A DNA stretch of 64,000 nt, from NCBI RefSeq assembly GCF_009914755.1, contig NC_060945.1. The stretch is one strand, 5' to 3'. The translations under genes and the position numbers were made by a program. Shown here piece by piece: positions 24,824-43,129 of this stretch (positions are counted from its first letter, which is position 1; every line of letters begins with the position of its first letter). Source of the DNA: the human T2T-CHM13v2.0 reference genome, Homo sapiens. The notes beneath the pieces were generated by a model. The model saw only the letters and a program-made list of their open reading frames with translations, made no database searches and had not been told where the DNA came from.

Positions 24824-24843
24824 GAGAGAGAGAGAGAGAGAGA
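24824..24843. repeat. (GA)10 microsatellite, read as (CU)n in the pre-mRNA
   Basis: Direct reading; extends imperfectly to 24808. Confidence 0.95.
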
Positions 24844-24889
24844 CAGATCGAACACCTATGATGCACCTACTTCTAACAATCTCAACTTA

Positions 24890-25012
<123 letters not shown>

Positions 25013-26308
25013 TTACTATATTCACACACTTTCCAACAAGGGCTACAATTAAAATCACATGCAAAAAAAGAATGTAATGAAGCTGTCCTAACAACAGGAC
25101 AATCCACAGGTGTTAATTCAAAAGACAAGGTATTTAGAGCGTATCTGGATGGGAAAAAAAATTTGGTTTGCTATGATTTGCCCGGCCCTATGAAATAAAA
25201 CACACCTCAAACTCAATCAATAGCTTTTCAAACAGATTAAGTTTTGAAAATACAATGTATAAGAATGCTGAGAAGAGGCAACCTGCAGTGGCTCATGTCT
25301 GTAATCCCAGCACTTTGGGAGGCCAAGGTGGGTGGATCACAAGGTCAGGAGTTCGAGATCAGTCTGACCAACATGGTGAAACCCCGTCTCTACTAAAAAT
25401 ACAAAAATTAGCCAGGCGTGGTGGCACATGCCTGTAATCGCAGCTACTCAGGAGGCTAAGACAGGAGAATCGCTTGAACCCAGGAGGGGGAGGTTGCAGT
25501 GCAGTGAGCCGAGGCTGCACCACTGCACTCCAGCCTAGGCAACAGAGCTAGACTCCGTCTCAAAAAAAAATAATTAAATAAGAATGCCAAGAAGAAAAAA
25601 AAAACAGAAAAAAGTTTTGAAGTATAGGAAAATAAGAGCAATAGCTCCATTTTAAACATCTTACTTGTTAATTCAAATTAATTCATGTTGGACACTGTGT
25701 AAAAATAAATCAATCTATTAACAAATTAAGTTCTCAACAATTAGTTTAGCAAAGGGACCTGACACACAATGGAGGCAAAGAAGGAGTATATGATTTAAGT
25801 AATAATTTCTTTGCAGGATATATCACGGTGGTTTCTTAGAAAAGTTTTTTTTAACTACCCAAACAAGAAATTTAATGATCCTTACACATAATTTTTTCAG
25901 TAAATCAGACATCTAGCCAAAGAAAAACTACTTTTGGTCGCTAGAAGCTGGCAGAAACTACAATTCTAAAAACTTACATTTCATGTGTTCTTCCCCCAAC
26001 CCCTGCCCTAGACACTTTTCATTCAATTAATACATTTACTAATAAATACCTGCAATATACAAAGTGACAGTTAATTATATATTATTTCAAAATTTCTGAG
26101 TAGATTTCAGATGTTCTGACTACAGAAAAATGCTCAGTATGTGAAGTGGCAGAGATGTTTATTGGCTTGATTTAATCATCCCACAATGTAAATATATATT
26201 AAAACACCACAGTGTACTTACTCCATAAACATAGACAATTATTAGTCAACTAAAAATAAAAAATAATGGCTGAGCAAGGTGGCTCACGCCTGTAATCCCA
26301 GCACTTTA

Positions 26309-26620
<312 letters not shown>

Positions 26621-26689
26621 CTATACTAACATGTAGCACATTATATTTGCCTAATAACACACACACACACATACAAAACACACACTTAC

Positions 26690-26730
26690 CGATCACCATT
26701 GTTACAAAATTGGATACTATCTACTTTATC
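26690..26730 (-). CDS. BRWD1: BRWD1 exon 12 (41 nt)
   Basis: DKVDSIQFCNNGD(R), TTTAG| acceptor, CG|GTAAGT donor. Confidence 0.94.
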
Positions 26731-27674
26731 CTAAAGGGGGGAAAAGGACAAATACAAAAATGATCATCTACATGGTCTGTGAATTTGAAAAAATGAAGTT
26801 TTAATGCTAGAAGCCTATTTGCTTTAACAAGCAAAATTTGCACTTGTGTTGCTTAGCCCTGTCATTCAACATGTTTTATAATTTTAAGTGAAGACTAACT
26901 ACAAACCTAAGACTACTAAAATACAGCTTTCATTTCAAAGAAAGGCACATCTAACAGGAAAAAAAGCCTTGCTTCTAAACTTAAAGCAGTATTTATAATT
27001 ACATCTGTTTAAGATGACTTATATGGAAGTGAAATGTGTGGAAAGTGCTCAAAATATAGGCTTTAAAGTAGCTAAAAATAAGGCATTTTCAATTGTTGTT
27101 TTAAGTTATTTAAATCTGTATCTATCAAATAACCTCTGGATGTGGACTGCCTTCCCAAAAGCTTCAAATAAAAGAAAAGATGGCCTAACCCTGACCAGTA
27201 CTTCAGAACACTGACAGTTTTCTATCTTACTATGCATTATTAAAATCACATTCTTATTTCATGGGCTTGGTTAGATAAACAGGCTCACTTAAAGTTAACC
27301 CACCCAGATCAACTGTCATAATCAAGATTTTGAACATAAAGCTAAAATAACCACTGTAAAATATTAGGCCTCTCAAGTGCTAATCTGAGTTGCCAGTGAC
27401 ATACCTCCCCTTTAAATATAATTGCTTGTATGCTTAAATTAAAATTAGAATAGAATTAACAAAAACTATATTGTACCTAGACATTTTCATTTTTATAAAT
27501 ATACAAACATCTCTAACAATATTTTAACTGTCAAATAGAATTCAGCAAAAATTTAAGATAACATTCACAAGCAATGACTTATCTCAGAAATGCAACTATG
27601 ATTTAATATTTTAAAACTTAATACCATCAAAAAGTTATAAATGACAGTTCATTTGTTCAACAGAAAAAAAATTA

Positions 27675-27902
<228 letters not shown>

Positions 27903-28344
27903 TTATAACAAATACCTGAACAAATCAAATTTCCATATTAAAATATAAAAAAGAAAGATCATTTACCCTAAAACTAAGTTTATCTCAACAGTTACATTTT
28001 CTGACTCACTATATAGAGGTTATAAAGCTGAACTTGTAGCTTTAAAAAACAAAATTAATTCAATCTGGAAACATTCACAATCTCCTCCTGTTTTTTTTGA
28101 GACAGAATCTCACTCTGTCGCCCAGTCTGGAGCCCAATGGTGTGATCTCGGCTCACTGCAACTTCTACCTCCCAGGTTCAAGTAATTCTACTGCCTCAGC
28201 CTGCTGAGTAGCTGGGATTACAGGAGCACACCAGCATGCCCAGCTAATTTTTTGTATTTTTAGTAGAGATGGGGGTCTCACCATGTTGGTCAGGATGGTC
28301 TCGAACTCCTGACCTCAGGTGATCCACCCGCCTCAGCCTCCTAA

Positions 28345-28488
<144 letters not shown>

Positions 28489-29259
28489 TGAGTAGCTGGG
28501 ACTACAGGTGTGCACCATGCCCAGATAATTTTTGTTTTGTTTTTTTTTAGAGATGGGTTCTCCCTATGTTGCCAGGGCTGGGCTCGAATTCCTGGGCTGA
28601 AGCAATCCTCCCATCTCGGCCTCCCAAAGGACTGGGATTACAGGCATTGAGTCACTGTGCCTGGCCTCCCCATCTGTATTATTAAGGGTGGCAATATAAT
28701 GCCAATTAAGCACCAGCGCTCTAAAAATATTTTTAAGAAAAGAAGTTCTGCTTTCTAAACAATTCTACATACCTAACCCTAGCTTGTTCAAGTTTTCAGA
28801 TTTTATGAGGGAAAAGTCTTTGACCTATCCGAAAAAAGAGAAAGGTTACCACACAAGTTCACTGTACAAAAACTGAAAAAGAATAATTTCATCAAGATAT
28901 TATGTGTGGGAAATAAATTTAAACTATCAAACATACACAGTTTAGCCTATTCAAAGAAAATCACAAATTTAGATTATCATACACATAGTACTGGCATAGG
29001 AATCACTTGTGTGGACACCTCAAGCCTCCCTTTTACCAGCCATCTCTTATATCACTGATTACTACCAGAAATCAGAGAAAGGCAGACTGGAGGACTGGAA
29101 GAACAAGGCTAACAAAATAAACATCATAAATTGAACCTAATGAAATAAACACCAGAAGTCATTTACCATGTAGCTAATAAAAGTTCTTAGCAACCAAGTG
29201 GTCATTTAATAAATGTTTAAAAAAAAAAAACTAAGAAAAAAATGTGAAGAAGTTCTTAC

Positions 29260-29330
29260 CAACACTAAAAGAAGAACAAAGCATTTGAACGCCTGGCCTA
29301 GGCTTTTCAGTGAACTTCAGGGGACGTGGG
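29260..29330 (-). CDS. BRWD1: BRWD1 exon 10
   Basis: 71 nt, [23 protein letters not shown], donor G|GTAAGA. Confidence 0.94.
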
Positions 29331-29599
29331 CTTTAAAAGAAGAAGATGCTGCTTTAAAATAGATTATTTTACCACATTAACACAGCTTAAAATATTAGTT
29401 TTAATCTAGCATATTTAAATATTATAATTTTTTAAGAGACAGGGTCTCGCCATGTTGCCCACACTAGACACAAACTCTTGGGCTCAAGGGACCCTCCAGC
29501 CTCAGCCTCCCTAGTGGCTGGGGACCACAGGCACACAACACCCAGCTATAATCTTATTTCTATAATACCTTATTGTATATCAAATATTTCCACAGATTT

Positions 29600-30335
<736 letters not shown>

Positions 30336-30656
30336 ATACAATACAGGTCTTATGACTCTCAAATGTTCCTGCCTGAATTTCCAATTATATACCTATTATT
30401 TTAAATGCCTTACTTTGTCTTTGCAAAAATGTGCTAAGATAGAAAAGCTATGCTTCTTTTACAAATCCTGCTATCTACATAATTATAAATAGGAAATAGT
30501 CAATATGGCACATATGCTGTATATAATAAAAATTAAGTTCAAAGGTTAAAAAAAAGCAACAATACACAATTTCTCATAACAATAAAACTTCATTTCATTA
30601 GATTAAACTGTAACTACATTAAAAAACAAAACCTGTTACATAATTAAAGCCACTTA

Positions 30657-30758
<102 letters not shown>

Positions 30759-32389
30759 CTAAAAAGTAAAACATATACAATTCAGTTTCCAGAACTTCTA
30801 CTTAAGTTACAGTTTAATAGTCTTGCAAACTTAACTTCAATTGACAGTTTCAGGAAATAAACACATGAAATCCAAAATATAGGTAATACTACCGTAGTGA
30901 AAAAATCATAACCTCTCCACATTCATTTATATGTAATATGATCTCAATAAGCCTATTTTCAGAATAAACAAGACTGGCCAGAAAAACTTTAACAAGGTGG
31001 AGATCTAGTCCTACTAGATATTAAAGCATATCACAGAGTGTTAATAATTAAAATGATCAGACAAAACAGGGTACACTGATAGAATGACCAATGGAAAAAA
31101 TACAATCCAAAACTAGACCCTATTCAACCTGGGAAAGCTGACTGAAAAACTGGAAGGAAAAATGGGAGAAAACATGAATCCTAATCTAAGACTTAAGTAG
31201 AATTAAGGTATTATCTCAAATCTGTTGGGCGAACAATGGATCACTGCATAAATGGTATTACAATTGTGCAGTAATCTGGAAAAAAACTAAGTCCATTCTT
31301 CAGACTACATCAGGATACATTCGAAATGGGTCAATGATTTAAATATTTTGAAAACAAAGCCATAAAATAAGGAAACACAGGAACTATACTGCAGCGCAAC
31401 TTCAGAATAAGGCTAACATCTGTACTTAATAAAATACCAAAAGTGCTAAACAAGCAAGCTACAGAAAGGAAGATGAACTAGCTAGAGACATCTAGGAAGG
31501 ATTAAATAGTAGGAAAATGCAAGGAAAACAAACACACACTAAGCAAAGGAATAATATCAGCACAAGTTCAAAAGCAAGGGGGAATATGGTATATGATAGA
31601 AACAAAGATCTATATGAACAAAGTGTTCATTTCTCAAAGTCATGCGGCAATGGGGTAAATGAATAGAGAATCTGGATGTAATCAAAGCAGCTTAAAGGGT
31701 AACTGTACTTTTCAAGTAAAAACACCAGAAGCAGCCAAACGATTTGTCTTACAGCAATATACAGTATTGATTGAAAAAGAAGAGGCAAGATGTAATAAAA
31801 AGCCAAGAGGGAACCCAGTTAATCTAAGAAGCAAGAAGCTTAACTGGAATACAGCTCCACCCTTCTCCCCCTAGAATGGGGAGGAAAGACCAAAAGAGAG
31901 GAGCATCAAAACTTGCTGACTCGCCCGAGTGCTGTGGCTCATGCCTGTAATCCCAGCGCTTTGTGGGGCCGAGGAGTGAGAATTGCTTGAGTCCAAGAGT
32001 TCAAGACCAGCCTAGGTGACATGGCGAAACCCTGTCTCTACAAAAAAATACAAAATTGTCCAGGCGTGATGACACACGGCTGTGATCCCAGTACTATGGG
32101 AGGCCAAGGCAGGCAGATCACTTGAGGTCAGAAGTTTGAGGCCAGCCTGGCCAACATGGTGAAACACCACCTCTACTAAAAATACAAAAATTAGCCGGGC
32201 ATGATGTTGGATGCCTGTAACATAAAAAGTAGGCAGGAGTGGTGGCGGATGCCCATAATCCCAGCTACTCAGGAGGCTGAGGCAGGAGAATCGCTTGAAT
32301 CCGGGAGGCAAAGGTTGCAGCAGGCTGAGATGGCGCCACTGCACTCCAGCCGGGACAACACAGCGAGACTCCTTCACCTACCAAAAAAA

Positions 32390-32620
32390 ATATATATATA
32401 TATGTATGTATGTATACATGTATATATATATACGTATACATATACATGTGTATATATGTAGACATATATGTATACATATAAATACATGTATATAAATATG
32501 TATATATACACATATGTCAACATATACGTCTATGTATACATATATGTATGTACATATGTATATATACACGTATACGTATATATGGACATATACACATACG
32601 TATATAAACATATATATAAA
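32390..32620. repeat. (TA/TG/CA)-rich low-complexity expansion from an Alu tail, inside a nested Alu composite (31925-32755)
   Basis: About 230 nt of mostly alternating purine-pyrimidine sequence between two Alu right arms. Confidence 0.88.
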
Positions 32621-33140
32621 ATAAAATAAAAAATTAGCCAGGCATGGTGGCGCATGCTTGTAGTCCCAGCTACCCAGGAGGCTGAGGTTGCAAAGAGCCA
32701 AGATCACACCACTGCATTTCAGCCTGGGCAACAGAGTGAGACTCTGTCTCAAAAAGCAAACAAACTTGCTGACTCAAGAAACATTCAAGACAAAGAAGGA
32801 GCTTAGAAAAGAAAGACTAATAGTGCCATTAACAGAAAGCAAAGTAAGGAAGAAATTATGGATTTTTTTTAATGTTGAAAGTGATTGTTTATATCTAAGT
32901 AGATATGTTCCAGAATGTGGCCTAACATTGAGCTTTGCAGGCTATCTCATTAAAAGTAATGAGAAAAAGTAGTATAATTAAAGTTATATTAGTAGTTGGA
33001 TATTTTTGTTAATTAAAATTGAAGATTCTTTTATTCCTTTGCTTTCTTAATAAACTTGCTTTCACTTTAAAAAAAATTTAAACACCTTCCACACTGAATT
33101 GCTAATTGGACAAAAAAATTTTTTTTTAATTAAAACATCA

Positions 33141-33463
<323 letters not shown>

Positions 33464-34656
33464 TCACAAAAAAAAAAAAAAAAAAGGAATTCTAAACCTA
33501 ACTGTCCATGGAAGAATATGTTTAAGTCACCTGTTCTAAATCAAATTTCCAGACAGATAAGCAATTTGTAGCTATTTCTGTCCCACTTATATCTTCATCT
33601 ATTCATGGACTGATATATACTGTTTTCTTTATAACAGCTCTAAAACATTTTTATATCTCCAGCATGGCTAAACAATTCTTTGCTCTTCTTTCGCTGTCCG
33701 TGCTTATATAATTCTCTTTTAAATGAGCTTGATTGGCTGGCACAGTTCCATAAAAACAAAATCATTGGAATTTCAAATGTAAATACGCTGATTTTATAGC
33801 ATAATCAGGAAAGATCTGACATATTTACAATACTGAATCTTCTGATTCAGGAACATGGTAGAGGTATTTTCACTTACTTAGACTATTTCCTTCCCCAACC
33901 CAAGACTCCGGTCAGTATTTTTAAGACCTTTCTTCATAAACATATTTCACATTTCCTGTTAAATTCATTCCTATGTGTTTGAGGGGTTTTGTTGCTATTA
34001 CAAATTATACTCTTCTTCCATTGTATTTATTACTTGTTTATTGCTGGTGTACAATAAAGTTCTGGTTTTAAGACATGGGTCCTATATATATTTAACCATC
34101 GTATTAAGCTCTCAGCAGTTCTAACAAGTTTTAACAGAATTCACTAATGAAGCCTCTAAGCTTGAAGTTTTAAGAGTTGCGATTTGTTTTTGTTTTTTTA
34201 GTGTCCAACAGGTATTTTTAACTTCTGGGGGCTTCCTTTTACTGTTTCTAAATAGCAACATTTCATCAATTGCAGTATCACTGACATACAACCATGTTTT
34301 GTTATGCCCCCTCAAGGCCAGTCGCCAATGACTACAGTATGTATTTCTGGATATTAAAAATAGTCTTGCTTTTTTTTTCTAAGATGGATTAGCTAAATCC
34401 TGCATAAAAGAAACAGTATGAACTATGATTTCTAAAAGTCTTCTTTGGCCTAGGATTTTAGGATTCCGTGCTACAATCTCATGTGTCTACTTCCAAAGTC
34501 CAAAGTATGCTTGAAATCTACACATTTTGAGTGACTACCTAGTATTTACCACAGGCTCATGAGCTTAAGAACGTCTACTTTTACAACTTGTTCAGTGGTA
34601 AAATAAGCACTCTTTAATATATGCTGATCCTCTCTTTTGCTATGAAAGAATGTATT

Positions 34657-36140
34657 ATTTATTTTCTTTGGATATATAGCCAATCTTTTTTTGTGAAGAA
34701 CCTCCAGCTGGGTAGGGTGGCTCATGCTTATAAAGCCCAGTGCTTTGGGAGGCCAATGGAGGAGGATTGCTTGAGGCCAGAAGTTCAAGACCAGCTTGTG
34801 AAACATAGCAAGACACTGTCTCTATAAAAAATTAAGAACTAACTAGATGACGTGGCACACACCTATAGTCCCAGCTACTCAGAAGGCTGAGGCAGGAGGA
34901 TGACTTGAGCTCATAAGTTTGAGGCCAAGCGAGCTATGATTACACCACTGCACTCCAGCCTGGGCAACAGAGAGAGAACCTGCCTCTGGGGGAGGCGGGA
35001 GAACCTCCATACTGTTTCCCATAATAGTTGTACTAATTTACATTCTCACCAAAAGTGCATAAGAGTTCCCCTTTCTCCACATCCTTCCCAACATTTGTTA
35101 TCCTTTGTCTTTTTGAGAACAGCCATTCTGACTGGGGTGAGGTAGTATCTCACTGTGGTTTTGATTTGCATTTTCCTGATAATTAGTGATGTTAAGCATA
35201 TTTTCATATATCTGTCAGCCATTTGTATGTGTTCTTTTTAGAAATGTCTACGCAGGTCTTTTGCCCATTTTTTAACTGAATTTTTTTTCTATTGAGTTGA
35301 GTTCCTTATATGTTCTGGATATTAACTCTTTGTCAGATGCATAAAGTTTACAAGTACTTTCTCCTATTCTTCAGGTTGTCTCTTCGATCTATATTGTTTG
35401 TTTCCTTTGCTGTGCAGAAGCTTTGTAGTTTGATGTAATCCCATTTGTCTGTTTTTGCTTTTGTTCCCTATGCTTTTGGGTGTATATCCAAAGGGAAATG
35501 AGATCAGTATATTGAAGAGATAATTGCACTCCCATGTTTACTGCAGTGCCATTCACAATAGTCAAGACATGAATCAACCTAAACACCCATCTACAGATGA
35601 ATGGACAAAGAAAATGCCGTGTGTCTGTGTATACACACACACAAAATGGAACATTATAAACAGAATATTCTTCCGTCGTTTGTGGTAATATGGATGAACC
35701 TAAAGGCCATTATGTTAAGTGAAATAGCAAGGCACAGAAAGGCAAACACTGTGTAATTTCACCCTTGAATTTTAAAAGTTGATTTCACAGAAGCAGAGAA
35801 TAGAACAGTGGTTACCTATGGCTGGGGAGTATGGGGGAAGGGGGGGACCATGAGAAGTTGTTTCAATGGGTATTAAGTTACAATCAGACAGGAAGAATAA
35901 GTTCTGGTGTTCCATTACACAGTAAGGTGAGTACAGCAAATAACAATGTGATAGACATTTCAAGATAGCTAGAAGAGAAGATTTTGAATATTACCACAAC
36001 AAATAAATGATAAATGCTTAGTGATGGATATAATTACCCTCATTTGATCCTTATACAATGCATATATGCACTGAAACATCACACTGTATTCTTTGTCTTT
36101 CTACAAGTATTATAGGTCAACTAAAAACAAAAAATTTAAA
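34657..36140. mobile_element. L1MA-type LINE with 5' inversion (minus ~34657-35480, plus ~35477-36140), interrupted by an AluJ at 34707-34999
   Basis: Antisense L1 ORF2-end sequence switches to sense L1 3' end at TGGG 35477-35480; TSD AAAGAATGTATT. Confidence 0.78.
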
Positions 36141-36149
36141 AAGAATGTA

Positions 36150-37326
<1,177 letters not shown>

Positions 37327-38404
37327 CATTTTTGTTCTTGCCTAGCAATACTAAAAATGAACAGTTGTAGTAATAGTATAGTGTTCATTTTCTGCAAATA
37401 CTTAATTTTGTAATATTTTTAATCTAGATAAAAGTCGTAATAGTACCATGAGCACCCATACACTGGTCATCAAGATTCACCAATGGTTAATAGTTTGCAA
37501 CACTTGCTTCCTGATGTAGATATCACACTGACATGAACCATCCAAATCTACCTTGCTGACATCATCACTTCAACCCTAAAATCCTTAGTGTGTATCTCCT
37601 AACAATGACATTCTCCTACATAACTATGATTATCAATACTTCGAAAACTTACTATTGATAAAACATTATTATATAATCCATATTCAAATTTTCCAAATTT
37701 CTCAAGCATCCTTTACAGCTTTTTTCTCTCCTAAATCTAGAACCCAAATCAAGGCTCACACATTACACTAACGTTTGTCCCTTTTCCTGAGGTTCCTTAT
37801 TGAAAAGCTCTCCACCTTTCTATCTTTCTTGAAACCAAACTTTTGAGGAATAAGAGATTTGTTTCACAGACTGTTTCTCAATTTGGATTTGTCTGATTGC
37901 TTCCTTGGGAGATTAGCGCCAAACATTTTTTACCTAAATAATAAGTAGGTAGAGAAAATGTTTAACTACAGATACAATGCATTTCATAGTTACAAGTCAA
38001 TTCAGATTTTCTTTTTGTGTCTTGTTTTTCTCTGTATTAACCTTCAATTTTCCTTTATAAAGCTGCTTAAAATATCCTCTTTTTATTATCTGAAGGATAT
38101 GTAGTGATACCCCTTTTTCAAATCTGATAATGGTTATTTGTCACGTTTCTTTTTTGTTCCCTGAACAATGTGTCTTTTACCAGTATTTTTAGTCTTTCAA
38201 AGAACTTCTGGCTTTGTTGATCCTCACTACCGTTATGCACATTTTTTCTATCCTTAATTTCTGTACTTATCTTCATAATTTCTTTCTTCTTGTTTGTTCT
38301 TCTCCTAACTTCTTGAGAAATACACTTGTGATCACTGAATTTCAGCTTCTTTCTAATACATGAATTGGGTGTAAATTTCCCCTTCAGCACAACTTCAGAA
38401 GAGA

Positions 38405-38925
38405 ATTATATACTGCTATGAAACAACTTACCCCAAAATTTTTAGCTGCACTGGACAACAATAAATATTCATTATCTCATAGTCTCTATGGTCCAAGAAT
38501 TCAACAGCAGCTTAGCTAGATAGGTCTGGCTCAGTGTCTCAAGGCTGCGAGATGCAGTCAAGATGTCGACCTGAGCCACAGTCACATAAAGGCTTAACTG
38601 GGAATAGGGGGATCTGCTTCCAAAATGGCTTATTCACATGGCTATAGCAGAAGACATCAGTTATTACCATGAAGACCTTTCCATAGGGCAGTTTGAGTGT
38701 GCAATCTACCTAACAACTGGCTTCCCCCAAGACCAGTGATTAAAGAGAATAAGACAAAAGATATTTCATTATGTTGTAGTGTAACTTCAGAAACACTGAA
38801 AGTCACATTATACCATTTTCTCAATATCTTCAAGTTCACAGGTCAACCCTATTCAGCAAGGAGACTACAGTGGCCTAAGTGCCAGAAGGCAAGAATCACT
38901 GGGCACTGCCTTGAAGGCTGGCTCC
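38405..38925 (-). mobile_element. MLT1-type (ERVL-MaLR) LTR
   Basis: Reverse MLT1 terminus TGCTATGAAACAACTTACCCCAAAAT..., GGATCTGCTTCCAAAATGGC. Confidence 0.7.
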
Positions 38926-39045
38926 CAAAGAGTACCTCCCCCAAGTTTTAATATGTAATGTTTTCATTATTAATCAGTTTGAAATATTCTTAAATGTCTA
39001 TTGTGATTTTTCTTCTTTGATGTATGGATTATTTAGAAGTACAGT

Positions 39046-39464
39046 TAGTTGACCCTTGAACAACGCAGGGGTTAGGGTATCAAACCCCCCCAGGCAGTTG
39101 AAAATCCACACGTAACTTCTGACTCCCAAAAAACTTAACTATTGATAAAGCCTCACCAATTGCATGAACAGTCAATTAACACATATTTTTGTATATGTTT
39201 TATATAATGTATTCTTATAATAAAGCTAGAGAAAAGAAAATGTTATCAAGAAAATCGTAAGGAAGAGAAAATATATTTACTATTAAGTAGAAGTGATCAT
39301 CTTAAAGGTCTTCATCCTCATTGTCTTCATGTTGAATAGGCTGAAGAGGAGGAGGAGGAATAAGAGGAGTTGGTCTTGCTATCTCAGGGGTGACAGAGGT
39401 GGAAGAAAATCTATATATAAGTCGACCCATGCAATTCAAACCCATATTGTTCAAGGGTCAACTA
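39046..39464. mobile_element. Tigger2a/MER28-like non-autonomous DNA transposon
   Basis: Terminal inverted repeats AGTTGACCCTTGAACAA (39047-39063) and TTGTTCAAGGGTCAACT (39447-39463), about 420 bp, TA after the right end. Confidence 0.85.
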
Positions 39465-40255
39465 TACATAAAATTTACAAAAAGTGAGGATTATCTGTTA
39501 TTAATTCTGGCTGTTAGTAATTTCTGGCTTAATTACACTGTTGTCAGAGAATATACTTAGAATTATTTCAGTTGAGACTTGCTTTAGACCATTTAATGTA
39601 CTTGCAAGTAATATAATTATGTTTACATTGACATTTACTATCCCAGTATCATCTTAGTACTGTTTTTTTCTCCTTTCTTGTTTTACTTTCTTTATTAGTA
39701 CATATTTCCCCACCTCTATTAAGCCTAGTAGTTATGCAATCTCTTGCTATACTTTTGGCTGTTATTCTAGAGATTTCAAAATGCATCTTCATCTTAAAGT
39801 CTAATGTAAATTTGTATTATTTTCCACTTCTTGAACAATGCAAAGATCTCAGAATACTGAAGTTACCGCCTCCTGATACACACACTATTCATTCTTTAAT
39901 TCCATATGTATTTTGAAGCCCAGAATTTACTTATCTTATACAGCCAATGTTTATTTCCATTTACCCACACATTCATTTTTTTTTTTGTCTTAAGTCTTCA
40001 TTCCTTCTTGCATCTCCAAGTTTCCACCTGGGATCACATCCCCGCCTAAAGAATATTATTTAGAATTCCCTTTAATGTTGTTCCATTGCTAAGAAGTTCT
40101 CAGCTTGTCTAAATATGCATTTAATATACTTTCATTCTTCAATGATATATTTTAATAGGTTCAGAATTATTGACTGGCATTTTCTATTAGCAATTTAAAA
40201 ATATTACTTCTTTGTCTATCAACTTCCGTTACTTCTATTAAGAAGCTAGCAATCA

Positions 40256-41640
<1,385 letters not shown>

Positions 41641-41959
41641 CCGCTATCTCAGTTATAACTATCTTCATCCCAAAATAGCTACTCACTCTCTTTTCTTTGA
41701 GAATACTGACTAGAACAAAAGTCACCTTTTATCATAAAATTTCACACCAAATCTATTTAAGTGACCAATAATACACAGCCTAGGTGAATGTGCATAAAAA
41801 AATTGAACCACCACCAGTTTTCACCAAATTCTAATGAGATACACCAATGTACCTTTAAAAGCCTTATAAATCAAACATAAAATAAAAGCCTTACAAATCA
41901 TCTAACAATTTACTTCAGTCTAACCAAACGTTAAGTTTCAAAACATGATAGAAAAGCAC

Positions 41960-42883
41960 TGAAACAGGGTAGTAGGGACAGCACTTGGCCCAACCCCACC
42001 AACATGTTTTTCCATATGTGACCACTGACCACCAGACATTTTGGTACCACCCCCACTGGCCTATACTCGCTGACCAGACCTTGTAAGTTGTCTAAAAAAA
42101 CTAAAACAAGCAGCATTCCACCATGAATCCTACTAAGGAGAGTTAACTCTATCCGCCCATATGTGCACAAGGCCAGGAGAAGGACCAATCCTAACCCTGA
42201 GCCTCATTGTAATACTAAAACCTTCGCCCAGAGGGGCTTATCTGCCCCTCTCATCATGTGACATATGTGTCAGCATGATTCCTTAGTGCATCTGCACACC
42301 CTGTGCTCCATCCCACACATGTAATAACGTTCACCTACCTGATGAGTTATGCACATTACCCTCCTTAAGACACGGCAAGGCATTCCCCTGGGGAGCCAGC
42401 CAGAGAACCCTTCTTCCTTCACTGTCTCACTTATTCCCAATGTTTCAGGCATAAGTCTCTTTTTTTATTTTTATTTTTTGAGGCAGTCTCACTTTGTCAC
42501 CCAGGCTGGAATGCACTGGTGCGATAACGGCTCACTGCAGCCTCAACCTCCTGGCTCAAGCAATCCTCCCTCAACCTCAGGAGTACCGAGACTACAGGCG
42601 TGTGCTACCTTGCCAAACTATTTTTTGTGGGGGGTGGGGGGGGGGTGGGGGGGGGGGGGTCTCACTAAGTTGCCCAGGCCGGGTCTCAAACCTGTGAGCT
42701 CAAGTGATCCTCCCACCTCAGCCTCCCTAAAGTGCTGGGATTATAGGCATGAGCCATCGCTAGGCACAAGTCTTAATAAATCTCAGCATAAGTCTTAATA
42801 AATCTTGTCTGGGAAGTCTGCCTAGCCTCCTATTAATTTCTGTTACACTGACAGCCAAGAACCGTGCACTAGTAAGAGTAACA
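41960..42883 (+). mobile_element. Probable ERV1 (MER4-group, MER67-like) solo LTR with a reverse Alu inserted at 42459-42766
   Basis: TG start, CCAAT at 42185, AATAAA twice near 42775-42802, ...CCAAGAACC...GTAACA end; Alu TSD AGGCAYAAGTCT. Confidence 0.55.
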
Positions 42884-43019
42884 TTTTCTGTCCCTAATAA
42901 CTAACGGATGTAAGGCAATGATCATCAGTGAGTAATACAAAAAACACTAGACATTTTGTGCCTTCTGATGGAAGAACTTACATCCCAATATGATCAATTC
43001 TCTATCAGTGATGAAATAC

Positions 43020-43129
43020 TCATACCCCCGCCCCAGACGTTTTGAAATCAGAAACTTTGGGAGTAGTGCCTAACAATGTTTTAATCAAGCCCTCCAGGTG
43101 ATTCTCATGCACATTAAAGAGAACCACTG
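43020..43129. mobile_element. MER5A fragment
   Basis: AAGCCCTCCAGGTGATTCT...GAGAACCACTG terminus. Confidence 0.75.

Noticed and set aside
32201-32752. Y/I/C/V/H-rich ORFs
   Set aside because: Translations of the TA/TG/CA repeat.
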